A stretch of 64,000 nt of DNA, taken from the NCBI GenBank assembly GCA_020432165.1, contig JAGQGU010000041.1, forward strand, positions 40,115 to 104,114. Reading direction: 5' to 3'. Numbering within the stretch: position 1 is the first letter of the stretch; the number at the start of each line of letters is the position of its first letter. Under the pieces are notes generated by a model. The model made no database searches, was not told the DNA's origin, and worked only from the letters and a program-made list of their open reading frames with translations. The position numbers and the translations under genes were made by a program. Positions 1 through 9,907 of the stretch are shown here, piece by piece. This DNA is from Thermomicrobiales bacterium (lineage in GTDB: Bacteria; Chloroflexota; Chloroflexia; Thermomicrobiales; UBA6265).

Positions 1-11
1 AATCGATTCGG

Positions 12-1316
12 ATGCTGCAAGCATTGCTGCGTACCGACACCCAGAGCCCTCCCGGCAACGAAATCCGCTCGGCGGAAGTGATCCGCGAAGAGTTGGCCGC
101 GCACGGTATCGAGAGCGAATTCCTGGAGGCAGCACCGGGCCGCGTCTCCATTGTTGCCCGACTGACGGCGGCAAACCCAACCGCTCGGCCGGTTCTGTTG
201 ATGGGACATATCGATGTAGTCACGGTCGAACCCGAGAAATGGACGCGTGATCCATTTGGCGGTGAGCTTGACGATGATGGTTTCCTGTGGGGTCGTGGTG
301 CCCTGGACATGAAATGTCAGGTCGCCGGCGAACTGGCTGCATTTATTGCCCTCAAGGAATCCGGAGCAGCGCTAACACGCGATGTCATCTTTGTGGCCTT
401 CGCCGACGAGGAAGCTGGCGGCACATATGGTGCGGATTGGGTCTACAAGAACCATCTCGACAAGATCGATGCCGAATTTGCGATCAATGAGGGCGGCGGC
501 ACTCCACTGGAGATTGCCGGACGCACCTTCTACACCTGTCAGGCTGGCGAGAAGGGAAGCTGCGGACTCAAGATGACCGTACGTGGCTTGCCGGGTCACG
601 CCTCGGTACCGATTCAGGGTACTGCCTTCCAGAACCTCAGCAAGGCACTGGAGCGACTGGATGCATGGCAACACCCAACGGTCATCACCAAGAGTGTTCG
701 CCTCATGCTGGAGTCGCTTGGGAACGCGATCGGTGGTGATCTCGCTGAGCAGGTCACAGCCATTCTGAGCCAGGACTCACCCGATTGGTCCGAGCTCGAG
801 ACTCTCCCCTTGCCGGATGACTATAAGTCTTCCTTCAAGGCCATCACGCGCAACACCACCGTGCCGACCATGATCAGCGGTGGGAAGCAACTGAATGTGA
901 TCCCCGGAGAAATCACCGTCTGCATCGATTGCCGCCTCCTGCCGGGTGCTGACCCCGATGCCGTGCTGGCGGAAGCCCAGGAGATCGTTGGCGATCTTGC
1001 CGAGATGAGCTTCCTCTATGAGACACAGGAGGTCGGGATTGAGGCCGATCCGGCAAGTTCATTCTTCGATGCGATTCAGGCCACCATGTCCACGATGATA
1101 CCGGGTGTTACCGTGATTCCAACCCTTATCTCTGGTGGCACGGACGCCGCTCTCCTACCCGGAATCAAGGTGTATGGATTCTATCCATTCCCGTCGACTG
1201 ACCGGCTCGCGATCTACGATCCTCTGGTCCACGGACACGATGAACGCATTCATGTGGATGATCAGGTCTTTGCTACCGAGTTTGTCTATCGGCTCCTGTG
1301 GCATGTGGCCGTATGA
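12..1316 (+). CDS. M20 family metallopeptidase (ArgE/DapE/ACY1/CPG2-like); possibly 5'-truncated by window edge
   Basis: 434-aa ORF; M20 blocks in translation (LLMGHIDVV, GRGALDMK, FADEEAGG, INEGGG, HGHDERI); frame stays open upstream of the first ATG to nt 3. Confidence 0.85.
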   Translation: MLQALLRTDTQSPPGNEIRSAEVIREELAAHGIESEFLEAAPGRVSIVARLTAANPTARPVLLMGHIDVVTVEPEKWTRDPFGGELDDDGFLWGRGALDMKCQVAGELAAFIALKESGAALTRDVIFVAFADEEAGGTYGADWVYKNHLDKIDAEFAINEGGGTPLEIAGRTFYTCQAGEKGSCGLKMTVRGLPGHASVPIQGTAFQNLSKALERLDAWQHPTVITKSVRLMLESLGNAIGGDLAEQVTAILSQDSPDWSELETLPLPDDYKSSFKAITRNTTVPTMISGGKQLNVIPGEITVCIDCRLLPGADPDAVLAEAQEIVGDLAEMSFLYETQEVGIEADPASSFFDAIQATMSTMIPGVTVIPTLISGGTDAALLPGIKVYGFYPFPSTDRLAIYDPLVHGHDERIHVDDQVFATEFVYRLLWHVAV

Positions 1317-1966
1317 GTGACAACCAAAAACAGGCACTCGTACTCCGGGGTGGCTGGGATATTCACGATCCGAAAAACACCAGCCGTCGCTTTGCCGAGC
1401 GGTTGAAGACACACGGGTACGCGGTCAACTGCACGAATAATCTCGCTGAACTCGACGATGCTGGGGCGTTAGCGAAGAACGACCTGATCGTTATCTGCAT
1501 CACGATGGGCGAGATCACCGATACGCAGGAGCAAAACCTGCTGGCGGCAGTTCGGGCGGGCACTGGTCTCGGCGGCTGGCACGGCGGCATGGGCGATTCG
1601 TTCCGCACCCGCACCGACTATCAGTACGCGGTCGGTGGCCAGTGGGTCAAACACCCGGGAGATCGTCTGGATTACACCGTGCAGATCGTAGAGGAGCATG
1701 AGATTACCGCTGGTGTGCAGGATTTCGCTATGTGCAGCGAGCAGTACTACATGCACGTCGATCCCGCGATCGAGGTGTTAGCCACCACCACATTCACGGG
1801 TGAGCACGATGCCTGGATTGATGGTGTGGTGATGCCTGTCGCCTGGACCAAGTGCTATGGTGCAGGCAAGGTCTTCTACTGCAGCATTGGTCACAGTGAT
1901 GCGGATTTTGAGCAAGCCGATGCCGCCCGGCTGGTCGAGCAGGGACTGATCTGGGCGACGCGTTAG
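1313..1966 (+). CDS. ThuA domain-containing protein
   Basis: ATG 1313 overlaps upstream stop (ATGA); ThuA-like blocks GLGGWHGGMGDSF, EQYYMHVDP, VAWTKCYGAGKVFYCSIGH. Confidence 0.7.
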   Translation: MSDNQKQALVLRGGWDIHDPKNTSRRFAERLKTHGYAVNCTNNLAELDDAGALAKNDLIVICITMGEITDTQEQNLLAAVRAGTGLGGWHGGMGDSFRTRTDYQYAVGGQWVKHPGDRLDYTVQIVEEHEITAGVQDFAMCSEQYYMHVDPAIEVLATTTFTGEHDAWIDGVVMPVAWTKCYGAGKVFYCSIGHSDADFEQADAARLVEQGLIWATR

Positions 1967-2334
1967 TTGTTGCCCTGGTCCGGCTTGTAGCTCAGATGCG
2001 CGATGGTCAGCAGGAAGGCACCGTCTTCTTCGCAGGTCACCTCGTGCCGAATTCTTGGCGCGACGACAGCGATATCGCCAGCGCGCATCTGCCGCGGCTC
2101 ACCCTGGATCGTCAACGTGAAGGCCCCTTCCAACACCTGCACGGTAATGGGACCTGGGGCACTGTGCTCATGCAAGGTACCACCCGCGAGTGCCGTTACC
2201 ACGATCACACGCAGGGTTTCACCCTTCACCAATATCTCCGCCCGGTGACGGGCGGCACTCTCCGGATCGGGAGGATACTGCGAGATCTCATTGTTGAGGT
2301 TGAAGATTTCGTAGACACGGTCTTCAGCGGACAT
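1963..2334 (-). CDS. cupin domain protein
   Basis: ORF trimmed to ATG 2334 (MSAEDRV...) preceded by AGGAGG; cupin motifs GGTLHEHSAPGP..VLEG and GD..VAPRIRHEV; overlaps stop of upstream LLM gene by 11 nt. Confidence 0.7.
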   Translation of the reverse strand: MSAEDRVYEIFNLNNEISQYPPDPESAARHRAEILVKGETLRVIVVTALAGGTLHEHSAPGPITVQVLEGAFTLTIQGEPRQMRAGDIAVVAPRIRHEVTCEEDGAFLLTIAHLSYKPDQGNN

Positions 2335-3130
2335 CTTGTGCCTCCTGTGCTTTTCGCGCAGCATCGCGCCACTGCACCAGTTCGCGTAGCGGCCCCAGAT
2401 CGTAATCCGGACCACTGATACCCATCGTCAGCAGGGTCACGCCATTGGCGACGTACTCATCGGCCTGCTCCAGATGCTCTTTGTTGATACCACCGCTGTG
2501 GACAATCTCACGCGGATCACGACCGATAGCTGCGCAATGCTCTTCCAGAATGGCACTCTTGGCAGCCATATCCTTCGGTGAACCAAACGCGTGCCAGATA
2601 TCGGCATACTGTGCCGCCAGCTTCAGCGTCACCTTGGGTCCTGATCCACCGACCATCAGCGGGATACGGCCATTCACCGGACCAGGGTTGAGCTTGCTCA
2701 AGCGCTCCTGAATCCTGGGAAGATCACGTCTAAGATCCTGCAGTCGGCTGGGAGCAGTCCCAAACTCATAGTCATAGTTGAAGTAATCGCGTTCAAACCA
2801 GCCCGAGCCAATCCCGAGTATGAACCGACCGTCACTGATATGGTCAATAGTGCGGGCCATATCGGCCAACAGATGCGGATTGCGATAGCTGTTGCAGGTG
2901 ACCAGTGAACCAAGCATGGCGTTGCTGGTGACTTCCGCCATCGCCCCAAGCTGGGTATAGGCCTCGAAGTGCGCACCATTGGCATCACCCGAGAGTGGGT
3001 AGAAATGATCCCAGTTGAAGATCACATCCACACCCAGCTCATCCGCCGCAATCCAGGCCTTGCGAATATCGGCGTAAACGGCGTGCTGCTGCTGAATTTG
3101 AGCAGCGACCTTGATCTGATGGTGCGTCAT
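2324..3130 (-). CDS. LLM class (luciferase-like) F420/flavin-dependent oxidoreductase
   Basis: 268-aa ORF; luciferase-like blocks DHISDGRFILGIGSGW and IPLMVGGSGPK. Confidence 0.8.
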   Translation of the reverse strand: MTHHQIKVAAQIQQQHAVYADIRKAWIAADELGVDVIFNWDHFYPLSGDANGAHFEAYTQLGAMAEVTSNAMLGSLVTCNSYRNPHLLADMARTIDHISDGRFILGIGSGWFERDYFNYDYEFGTAPSRLQDLRRDLPRIQERLSKLNPGPVNGRIPLMVGGSGPKVTLKLAAQYADIWHAFGSPKDMAAKSAILEEHCAAIGRDPREIVHSGGINKEHLEQADEYVANGVTLLTMGISGPDYDLGPLRELVQWRDAARKAQEAQDVR

Positions 3131-3141
3131 GATGTTGCTTT

Positions 3142-4575
3142 CTACTCGCCGTCAGGTGTTTCCGATTTCCGAACAGCTTTCCAGGGTGAGTTCTCGCGGG
3201 AGACGGTACCAGTCGACTTCCAGGGATTGTTCGGCCATGTCGCTTCAGCCGCGCGTGCCGGATTGTCGCTCGCCATATCCTCTTCGGTCAGAATGCGTGG
3301 TGCTTCCTCAAACTCGATCGGCGCTTCGTCCTCGTCACTATCTGGCGCGGACGGTTCTTCGATATCACCATCACCGGCGTAGGTGACATCGCTGACAATT
3401 TGCAGGCCATCATCATTACTATATGTGTGCTCGGCACCCTCGCGATCAAGCGCGCGATTCAGCATCCAACGCCAACCGCTGCTGGCACTGGCCGATGGCT
3501 CAATCTGATAGCTGGCACGTCGCTGCGCAACAATATCGGTCAGAATCACCTGCAAGCCAGCCGCTACCGGGATGGCCAGAACGGCGCCGATCACCCCCAT
3601 GAGCTGGGTACCGGCAAGGATCGCGACAAAGACGCTTAGCGGTGTCAGGCCAACGGCACCACGCATCACACGAGGTACCAGGAACCAGTTCTCCAGTGTT
3701 TGCATGAGGAGAATAATCAGCGCAACCATGATGGCTTTATCAAAGCCCATTGTGAGCGCGACGACGACCGCAGGCACACCACCGATCCAGGGACCGACGA
3801 TCGGCAAAATCTCGGTCATACCCGCCCATAATCCGAGCAGCGGCCAGAAATCCAGACCGATAATGCCGTAGGAGACTGTGGCGATCGTGCCGATGATGGC
3901 GCAGAGAATCAGCTGGCCACGCAGCCACCCACCCACTTTCGCTTCGACATCCGACCACAGCGCATTCACCCGATCCCGCAATCCCGGCGAGATCTGGTCG
4001 GTGATCACCCGCCGCACAAGACTCTTTTCCAACAGGTAGTAGAAAGTAATCACAAGTGTGGTGATCACCGAGGTAATACCACCAACAACTGAACTACCGA
4101 TGGTCAGGGCGGCGGCGGCGGCATCGCCGGAGACCGACGTGGTCGCTGCAGTATCGCCCTCGATCAGATCAATGCCTTGCTGCAATAGATCGACGCCGGT
4201 GCCATTCAGTAACGGATTACTGCTTTCGCTCCAGTCGTCCCGCAACGAACGCATTTGATCCGGGAACTTATCCTGAAACTCGGTCCATTGATCGGAAACC
4301 ACCGGCACAATCACCATCACCAGCGCGACCAGGGCAGCAAGTACGCCCACGTAACAGACAGCAATACTGGCTGCGCGCGGAATTCCCCGCTTTTGCAGAC
4401 GTTGGACCGGACCTTCGAGGATGGTACCGAGCAGGAGCGCCATCAGCACACTGACAATGAGTGAACCGAGGTTGGTGAGGAGCGCAAACACCACCAGCAC
4501 CAACAGCAAGCTCATTGGTGTGAGCTTCGCGGGGGCATCGTTGTTTGGGGGAGGAAGAGCGGATCGGGCAGCCAT
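3142..4575 (-). CDS. AI-2E family transporter (PerM/UPF0118) with acidic C-terminal tail
   Basis: 477-aa ORF, multiple TM helices; family block TEILPIVGPWIGGVPAVVVAL...LENWFLVPRVMRGAVGLTPLSVFVAILAG; ~110-aa D/E-rich tail. Confidence 0.8.
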   Translation of the reverse strand: MAARSALPPPNNDAPAKLTPMSLLLVLVVFALLTNLGSLIVSVLMALLLGTILEGPVQRLQKRGIPRAASIAVCYVGVLAALVALVMVIVPVVSDQWTEFQDKFPDQMRSLRDDWSESSNPLLNGTGVDLLQQGIDLIEGDTAATTSVSGDAAAAALTIGSSVVGGITSVITTLVITFYYLLEKSLVRRVITDQISPGLRDRVNALWSDVEAKVGGWLRGQLILCAIIGTIATVSYGIIGLDFWPLLGLWAGMTEILPIVGPWIGGVPAVVVALTMGFDKAIMVALIILLMQTLENWFLVPRVMRGAVGLTPLSVFVAILAGTQLMGVIGAVLAIPVAAGLQVILTDIVAQRRASYQIEPSASASSGWRWMLNRALDREGAEHTYSNDDGLQIVSDVTYAGDGDIEEPSAPDSDEDEAPIEFEEAPRILTEEDMASDNPARAAEATWPNNPWKSTGTVSRENSPWKAVRKSETPDGE

Positions 4576-4601
4576 GCGAATCCTGTTCGGGTAATAAAGT
4601 T

Positions 4602-4631
4602 CGCCTTGGTCGACCTTAGCCGACCAAGGCG
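4602..4631 (-). terminator. stem-loop downstream of 4653-5021 gene
   Basis: perfect 11-bp stem CGCCTTGGTCG/CGACCAAGGCG with 8-nt loop, 22 nt after the minus-strand stop. Confidence 0.5.
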
Positions 4632-4652
4632 TTGCGATATCTGGAGAGAACG

Positions 4653-5021
4653 CTATCCAAGTGAGCGTGGTTTCCAGTATTGCGCATCCAGCGGATCAAC
4701 GGGATGTTCCTTGTTCATACGCAGATCAAACTCGGCGTCGTTCCACACGGTTGGGAACTGATAGACTTCCTGCCCATTCACCACCAGGCGACGGCTGGCC
4801 CCGAAGGGACGTGCGACCGAGAAAATATCGCGCGGTGGTCGCCCTACGACCTCGGCCTGGAACCATCCATGCTCGGGACACTCGCCGGCATGCAATTGCC
4901 ACTGTGTATGTGGCGACACCGATCCGAGCGTGCGGATCATGGTGTGCTTTAGCGCGCCACCGCAAATCGGGCAGCGAAGCGGCGTTTCAACATTGAACTG
5001 GTCTCGCGAATCGGCACTCAT
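4653..5021 (-). CDS. hypothetical protein with zinc-ribbon-like Cys/His pairs
   Basis: 122-aa ORF; CPICGG ... CPEHG; no family recognised. Confidence 0.5.
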   Translation of the reverse strand: MSADSRDQFNVETPLRCPICGGALKHTMIRTLGSVSPHTQWQLHAGECPEHGWFQAEVVGRPPRDIFSVARPFGASRRLVVNGQEVYQFPTVWNDAEFDLRMNKEHPVDPLDAQYWKPRSLG

Positions 5022-5170
5022 TGGTATTCCTTGGTCCCACCCGGTATTCCTGCATATCTCCGGCTATTCTACCACTGCCATTTAGGCGGGGTCGTATGAA
5101 GTCGCATGGTAAGGACCTGCCAGTGATACGCTTGAACACGTAGAATTGGGAGAAACGAAAGGATACGACG

Positions 5171-5575
5171 ATGGACTCCAGCACGCTCATCAACAATCTG
5201 GTAGAGACCTACAAAACACTGAACACAACCTACCGCAAGGCCACACCCACCGATGCCCTGACAAGCATTATCACGAGAATGCGCAACGACGAGGTGCAGT
5301 TCAGCCAGGCATTGAAGGACCGTATCACTGGCATCGGCACCGCCGGAGGCCCGGGTCGGGAATATGTCGATGGTCTGGATACCACATTGGCCCAGCTTAT
5401 CTCCCAGTTCGGCACCGCGCGCGCCACGACCCTGAATCTCCTCAAAGGGATCCATGAAGATCGCGTGTGGGATCAGCCGCTGGACGATGGCAGCACCATT
5501 CGCGCCCATGTACAGGATTTGGTTACCAGCGACAAGAATCAGCTCGCCAGACTTAGCGCTGCGGTGAACAGCTAA
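5171..5575 (+). CDS. hypothetical protein (possibly DinB-like helical bundle)
   Basis: 134-aa ORF of balanced composition, AGGA ~8 nt upstream; TAATG overlap with next gene; preferred over antisense ORF 5069-5509. Confidence 0.5.
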   Translation: MDSSTLINNLVETYKTLNTTYRKATPTDALTSIITRMRNDEVQFSQALKDRITGIGTAGGPGREYVDGLDTTLAQLISQFGTARATTLNLLKGIHEDRVWDQPLDDGSTIRAHVQDLVTSDKNQLARLSAAVNS

Positions 5576-6015
5576 TGCAGGCTCTGGCCGAACGTTCCCA
5601 TGCGCTGGCGACCCTCGGAGATTTCCGTTGGCTCCGCGGACACGTGAGCACCTTCTTCGTCGGCATGGTTCTACTGATCTGCATCAACCTGGTCATCGGT
5701 GGTAGTAATCTGTGGGCTTACACCGCCACAGGTATTTGGATCCTGCTGCTGGCGGTCCACGGTATTGTCGTGGCCATCGCACGCCTGACCGCGATGCTTC
5801 TGGCGGATACCGATGAAGAGGAGGTCGTGCTGTTACCGGTTAAGGACGCCGTGTTTGTCAATGTCACACCTGATCCGACCGCAACCTGGGTCGACACGAA
5901 CGTCCCCACCGAGTCCAATATGCCACCACCTACAAATGATGAAACTGTGAGTTGGCAGATCGCGACCGATGCCGCCCGGGGCAAACGTGGTCAATCCCTG
6001 GAGAATCCTGAATGA
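5575..6015 (+). CDS. 2TM-domain membrane protein
   Basis: 146 aa; two adjacent hydrophobic helices ([34 protein letters not shown]); ATGA overlap with the NUDIX gene. Confidence 0.55.
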   Translation: MQALAERSHALATLGDFRWLRGHVSTFFVGMVLLICINLVIGGSNLWAYTATGIWILLLAVHGIVVAIARLTAMLLADTDEEEVVLLPVKDAVFVNVTPDPTATWVDTNVPTESNMPPPTNDETVSWQIATDAARGKRGQSLENPE

Positions 6016-6461
6016 CCCTGACACGCGATTTCACCGTGGCCGTTTTTGTTGTGCATCAGGGGCAGGTGCTCCTGCATCCTCACAAAAAACTCAACATGTG
6101 GCTTCCACCGGGCGGGCATATCGATGCACCAGAGCTTCCGGATGAAGCTGCGATCCGCGAAGTGCAGGAGGAGGCGGGTATCACCGTAGAACTCCTCGGC
6201 GATCGCGGCATCCAGACGGATGATCCGGAAATGCCGCTGCAGCTGGTGCGACCAGAGGGGATACAGTTGGAGAATATTTCCGACGATCATCAGCATATCG
6301 ATCTGATTTACTTCGCCAGGGTGATTGATCCACCCAGAATTGGTATGCCAGAGGTACTGGAGCCGATGGCCTGGTTTGGCGAAGGGCAGCTATCGTCGCT
6401 CGATCTCAGCGCCGAGGTACTTGCCTGGGCAACACGCGCATTAGCAACAGTTGCGGATTGA
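6012..6461 (+). CDS. NUDIX hydrolase
   Basis: Nudix box [24 protein letters not shown] (GX5EX7REUXEEXGU). Confidence 0.85.
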   Translation: MTLTRDFTVAVFVVHQGQVLLHPHKKLNMWLPPGGHIDAPELPDEAAIREVQEEAGITVELLGDRGIQTDDPEMPLQLVRPEGIQLENISDDHQHIDLIYFARVIDPPRIGMPEVLEPMAWFGEGQLSSLDLSAEVLAWATRALATVAD

Positions 6462-6474
6462 GAAACAATGCAGA

Positions 6475-6499
6475 GGCGGATCCCGCATGAGGATCCGCC
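6475..6499 (+). terminator. stem-loop after NUDIX operon
   Basis: 9-bp stem GGCGGATCC/GGATCCGCC with 7-nt loop; second hairpin TCGACGG-GAATA-CCGTCGA at 6504-6522. Confidence 0.5.
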
Positions 6500-6540
6500 C
6501 GAATCGACGGGAATACCGTCGATAATATGGGGAGATATCT

Positions 6541-7443
6541 ATGAAAATTGGCGTGCAATTACCAGAGGTCGAATACGCCTATACCTGGCCGCAATACGCC
6601 GAGATGGCGCGCGTGGCCGAGGAGATCGGGCTCGATTCGCTCTGGGTTGGCGATCACCTCATGTACCGCTATAGCGATCCCGCCAAATCACCCCGTGGTC
6701 CCTTCGAATCCTGGACCACCCTCTCCGCCCTGGCAGCAATAACCTCGCGCGTGGAACTGGGACATCTCGTGGCCAGCGCGCTCTTCCACACACCGCCGAT
6801 GATCGCGAAAATGGCCGCGACCGTTGACCAGATCAGCGGCGGTCGCTTCATCCTAGGACTCGGTGCCGGTTGGCACGAACCCGAATATCGTGGCTTTGGT
6901 ATCCCCTACGATCATCGCTTCAGCCGTTTCGCCGAAGCGTATGCGGTGATTCGGGAACTGCTCTCCACAGGCGAAAGTTCGCTGCATGGTGAGTACTACA
7001 CGATCGAAGATGCTCTGCTCTTTCCGAAGCCGGTGCGTCCGGGTGGTCCGCCGATCATGATCGGCAGCTTTGGCCAGAAGATGCTGGAACTCACACTTCC
7101 GAATGTGGAGATGTGGAACGCCTGGAGTCAGGACTACGGTGGCACCTTCGAAGGACTGCAAGCGCTGCTGGATCGCATCGATAGCGTTTGTGAGCAGGTC
7201 GGCCGTGATCCCTCCACGCTGGTCAAGACAGTCGCTCCCCTCATCGGTATGCCGGGAGCACGCGGTCGCCTCAGCGAATACGGCGCACCACCCGCATTGG
7301 ATGGCACCGATCCACATAAGCTCGCCGCCGATCTGCAGCGCTTCGAGGAGATGGGTGTAGCGCACCTCCAACTCGTGCTCGATCCGATCAATGCCGAAAC
7401 CATCGCGCAGATACAGGACGTTCTCTCAATCCTGCGGGGGTAG
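6541..7443 (+). CDS. LLM class F420-dependent oxidoreductase
   Basis: 300 aa; blocks DSLWVGDHL, DQISGGRFILGLGAGW, PPIMIGSFGQK. Confidence 0.8.
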   Translation: MKIGVQLPEVEYAYTWPQYAEMARVAEEIGLDSLWVGDHLMYRYSDPAKSPRGPFESWTTLSALAAITSRVELGHLVASALFHTPPMIAKMAATVDQISGGRFILGLGAGWHEPEYRGFGIPYDHRFSRFAEAYAVIRELLSTGESSLHGEYYTIEDALLFPKPVRPGGPPIMIGSFGQKMLELTLPNVEMWNAWSQDYGGTFEGLQALLDRIDSVCEQVGRDPSTLVKTVAPLIGMPGARGRLSEYGAPPALDGTDPHKLAADLQRFEEMGVAHLQLVLDPINAETIAQIQDVLSILRG

Positions 7444-7451
7444 CCCTCACC

Positions 7452-7482
7452 GGCGGACAGACCTTTGGCCGTCCGCCTCTAC
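7452..7482 (-). repeat. GTAG-headed hairpin (REP-like) / terminator between convergent genes
   Basis: minus strand reads GTAG-A-GGCGGAC-(12-nt loop)-GTCCGCC; sits between the stops at 7443 (+) and 7494 (-). Confidence 0.3.
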
Positions 7483-7493
7483 GTGGATCAAGG

Positions 7494-8687
7494 TCAATCC
7501 TGCGCGGCTGATTTGCCCTCTACATATGGGCCCTGGTGGTTCATATCGTGGAAGGCCGGCACAAATGGCAACGCCAGACCCAAGAGGGCGTATGCCACAA
7601 CCAGGCAGGTAATGCCTGTATGAATACCGTAGTGTTCGATGATGAGACCTGCCGCCGCGATACCGACCGGAGTAATCGCGGCGGTAATGGCCGAGAATGT
7701 CGCAAACACACGGCCGCGTAGTACGACCGGTATATGCTCGAAGCGGATGGTGACGCTCATCGGATTCGCCGGTCCGGCGCTGAATCCGACAAGGAACATT
7801 GCCAGAAGTAGCACAGGCAGCGAAGTTGTAAAGAGAAAAGCGCTCAACCAAAGCCATTGAGTGGAGAAACCGATGAGCAGAATCTCCCGTCGATGCTTGA
7901 GCCAGCGGTGTCCCATCACACCATAAAGCATGGCACCGCTGAGCGTGCCGACCCCCACCGCGGAGATGAGCACGCCAAGCCGGGTAGCGGTATCCCAGGT
8001 TTCATATGCGAAGACCTGCAAACCCACACCCCAGAAACCATTTGAGACAAAGTTCGAGATACCGAAGAGTAATGCCATTGCCAGAAGCACGGGAGTCTGG
8101 CCGATGAAGCGAAAGCCCTCCTTCATCGACTCCAGATAGGGTTGGCGTTGGGTGTGACGATCTTGTGGATTGGGTGGCGCGAAGAAATATACGCCGGCTG
8201 CCGAAGCAAGGAAACCACCGACCGTAAGCCATAACACATTGACGGGACCGATAAATGCAATGAGTGCACCCGCAACCACCGGGCCGACCATGGACGATGC
8301 ATTGTTGAGCACCTCGAATGCCGAGTTCATCTGCTCAGCGCGTAGTTCAGCCTGCTTCTGGAAACCGGGCAACAGCATGCGTCGCGCTGTTACACCCGGG
8401 ATATCCAACATCGCTCCCAGAAAAACGAGCACAAGGATGAGCGGATAGGTCAGCAGATCGAGCATATGCAGAATGGGAATAGCCAGCACAGCCAATGCCG
8501 AGATGACATCGCTAATAATGCTCATCTTCCGGCCACCCAGGCGATCGACCAACGGGCCACCGAATACACCACTCATCGCCATTGGCAAGGCGGCCGCCAT
8601 GCCGGTAAAGCCCGTCTGACTGGCGGAGCCGGTCTCCTGCAAGACAAACCAGGGAATGGCCACCGCAGCCATGGTGTTGCCGATCAT
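7494..8687 (-). CDS. MFS transporter; N-terminus apparently interrupted (possible pseudogene)
   Basis: 397-aa ORF, many TM helices, MFS loop GGPLVDRLGGRKM; same frame continues upstream through a single TGA (8757-8759) to ATG 8807. Confidence 0.7.
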   Translation of the reverse strand: MIGNTMAAVAIPWFVLQETGSASQTGFTGMAAALPMAMSGVFGGPLVDRLGGRKMSIISDVISALAVLAIPILHMLDLLTYPLILVLVFLGAMLDIPGVTARRMLLPGFQKQAELRAEQMNSAFEVLNNASSMVGPVVAGALIAFIGPVNVLWLTVGGFLASAAGVYFFAPPNPQDRHTQRQPYLESMKEGFRFIGQTPVLLAMALLFGISNFVSNGFWGVGLQVFAYETWDTATRLGVLISAVGVGTLSGAMLYGVMGHRWLKHRREILLIGFSTQWLWLSAFLFTTSLPVLLLAMFLVGFSAGPANPMSVTIRFEHIPVVLRGRVFATFSAITAAITPVGIAAAGLIIEHYGIHTGITCLVVAYALLGLALPFVPAFHDMNHQGPYVEGKSAAQD

Positions 8688-8949
8688 AGAGTACCCGTAC
8701 CAGTCAGAAAGACCGATACAGGCAGAAAACGGGAACGGGCAACTGGGTTCAATGTCTCACTCCCAATCTTGCCCCCAAGATAGATGTACGGATGTGAGAG
8801 TGAGCATGCCAAACGACTCTGGCGCTGTCAAGAGCTTGTGCAAAAACACCAAATATCACTTCCCATATCAGGAAAGCTCTCTCCTCCATCCACCTTCATC
8901 CCGGTGTAGCATTGACATAGAGGCTGGCGCGACCTGATGGAGATGCGTA

Positions 8950-9885
8950 GTGCGACACGTTCAGAAACCAACCGCTTCGGATATGGATCGCGCTCGCGTC
9001 GCGGTGCGTCAGCATCTCGCGACCACGCCACTCCTGCCGATTAGTCGTTACGAGTGGTTGAAGCTGGATTCACAGCAGCCATCCGGGGCATTCAAGGTGC
9101 GAGGCGCGATCGCAGCGCTGAGTCGCTTACCCAGGGGAACAAACGTCGTCACCGCCAGTGCCGGTAATCACGGTATTGGCGTTGCCTGGGCGGCGGACAC
9201 TCTTGGTCACCGCGCCACTATCGTAGTGCCGGAGAACGCATCACCGCGCAAACTCGCCGTGCTGGAAGAGATGGGTGCCAGTGTTATTCGCCATGGCACA
9301 ACCTTTGACGAAGCCGAAGCACACGCAGTTATGCTGGCCGAGTCCGGTCTCACCTATGTCTCGGCGTACAACGATCCCCATGTGATTGCTGGTCAGGCGA
9401 CCGTTCTGGACGAGCTTGCCGATCGCATCGAAGGGAACTTCACCATCTTTGTACCCGTGGGTGGCGGTGGATTGGCTGCCGGGATGGCGATTCGCGCGGA
9501 CATGATCAAGGATCGTGCGATTCGAGTGATTGGTGTGGAGACCGAGTCATCGCTGGCTGTGTCGACGGCCATGCGTGCTGGTAAAACGGTGGAGATCGAG
9601 ATCGCACCGTCGCTTGCCGATGGTCTGGCCGGGAATCTGGAAGGCGGCGCGATCACCGCAGAGATTCTGCGCGAACGCGGGGTCGAGATGATCAGTGTCT
9701 CGGAGAAGCAGATCGAAGCAGCCATTCGCACGCTCTATCTGCGGCACGATCTCCGCGCCGAAGGTGCAGCCGCAGTCAGCTTCGCCGCGATGAAAGCCTA
9801 TCCGGTCGATGGCGATATGGTAGCAATCATCTCCGGCCGCAATATCGACGAGAAGTTGTTGAAGGATATCGTTGGGAAAAGATAG
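8950..9885 (+). CDS. PLP-dependent threonine/serine dehydratase family protein
   Basis: GTG start with GGAG ~8 nt upstream; PLP-lysine motif SGAFKVRGA, SAGNHG, glycine loop VGGGGLAAG. Confidence 0.8.
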   Translation: MRHVQKPTASDMDRARVAVRQHLATTPLLPISRYEWLKLDSQQPSGAFKVRGAIAALSRLPRGTNVVTASAGNHGIGVAWAADTLGHRATIVVPENASPRKLAVLEEMGASVIRHGTTFDEAEAHAVMLAESGLTYVSAYNDPHVIAGQATVLDELADRIEGNFTIFVPVGGGGLAAGMAIRADMIKDRAIRVIGVETESSLAVSTAMRAGKTVEIEIAPSLADGLAGNLEGGAITAEILRERGVEMISVSEKQIEAAIRTLYLRHDLRAEGAAAVSFAAMKAYPVDGDMVAIISGRNIDEKLLKDIVGKR

Positions 9886-9907
9886 ATAGTCCCCGAACCC
9901 ATGAACA

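Noticed and set aside
8757-8759. In-frame TGA in the MFS gene read as selenocysteine or programmed readthrough
   Set aside because: No SECIS-like hairpin immediately follows it. An MFS N-terminal cytoplasmic segment has no reason to carry Sec. A nonsense mutation or sequencing error is the simpler explanation.
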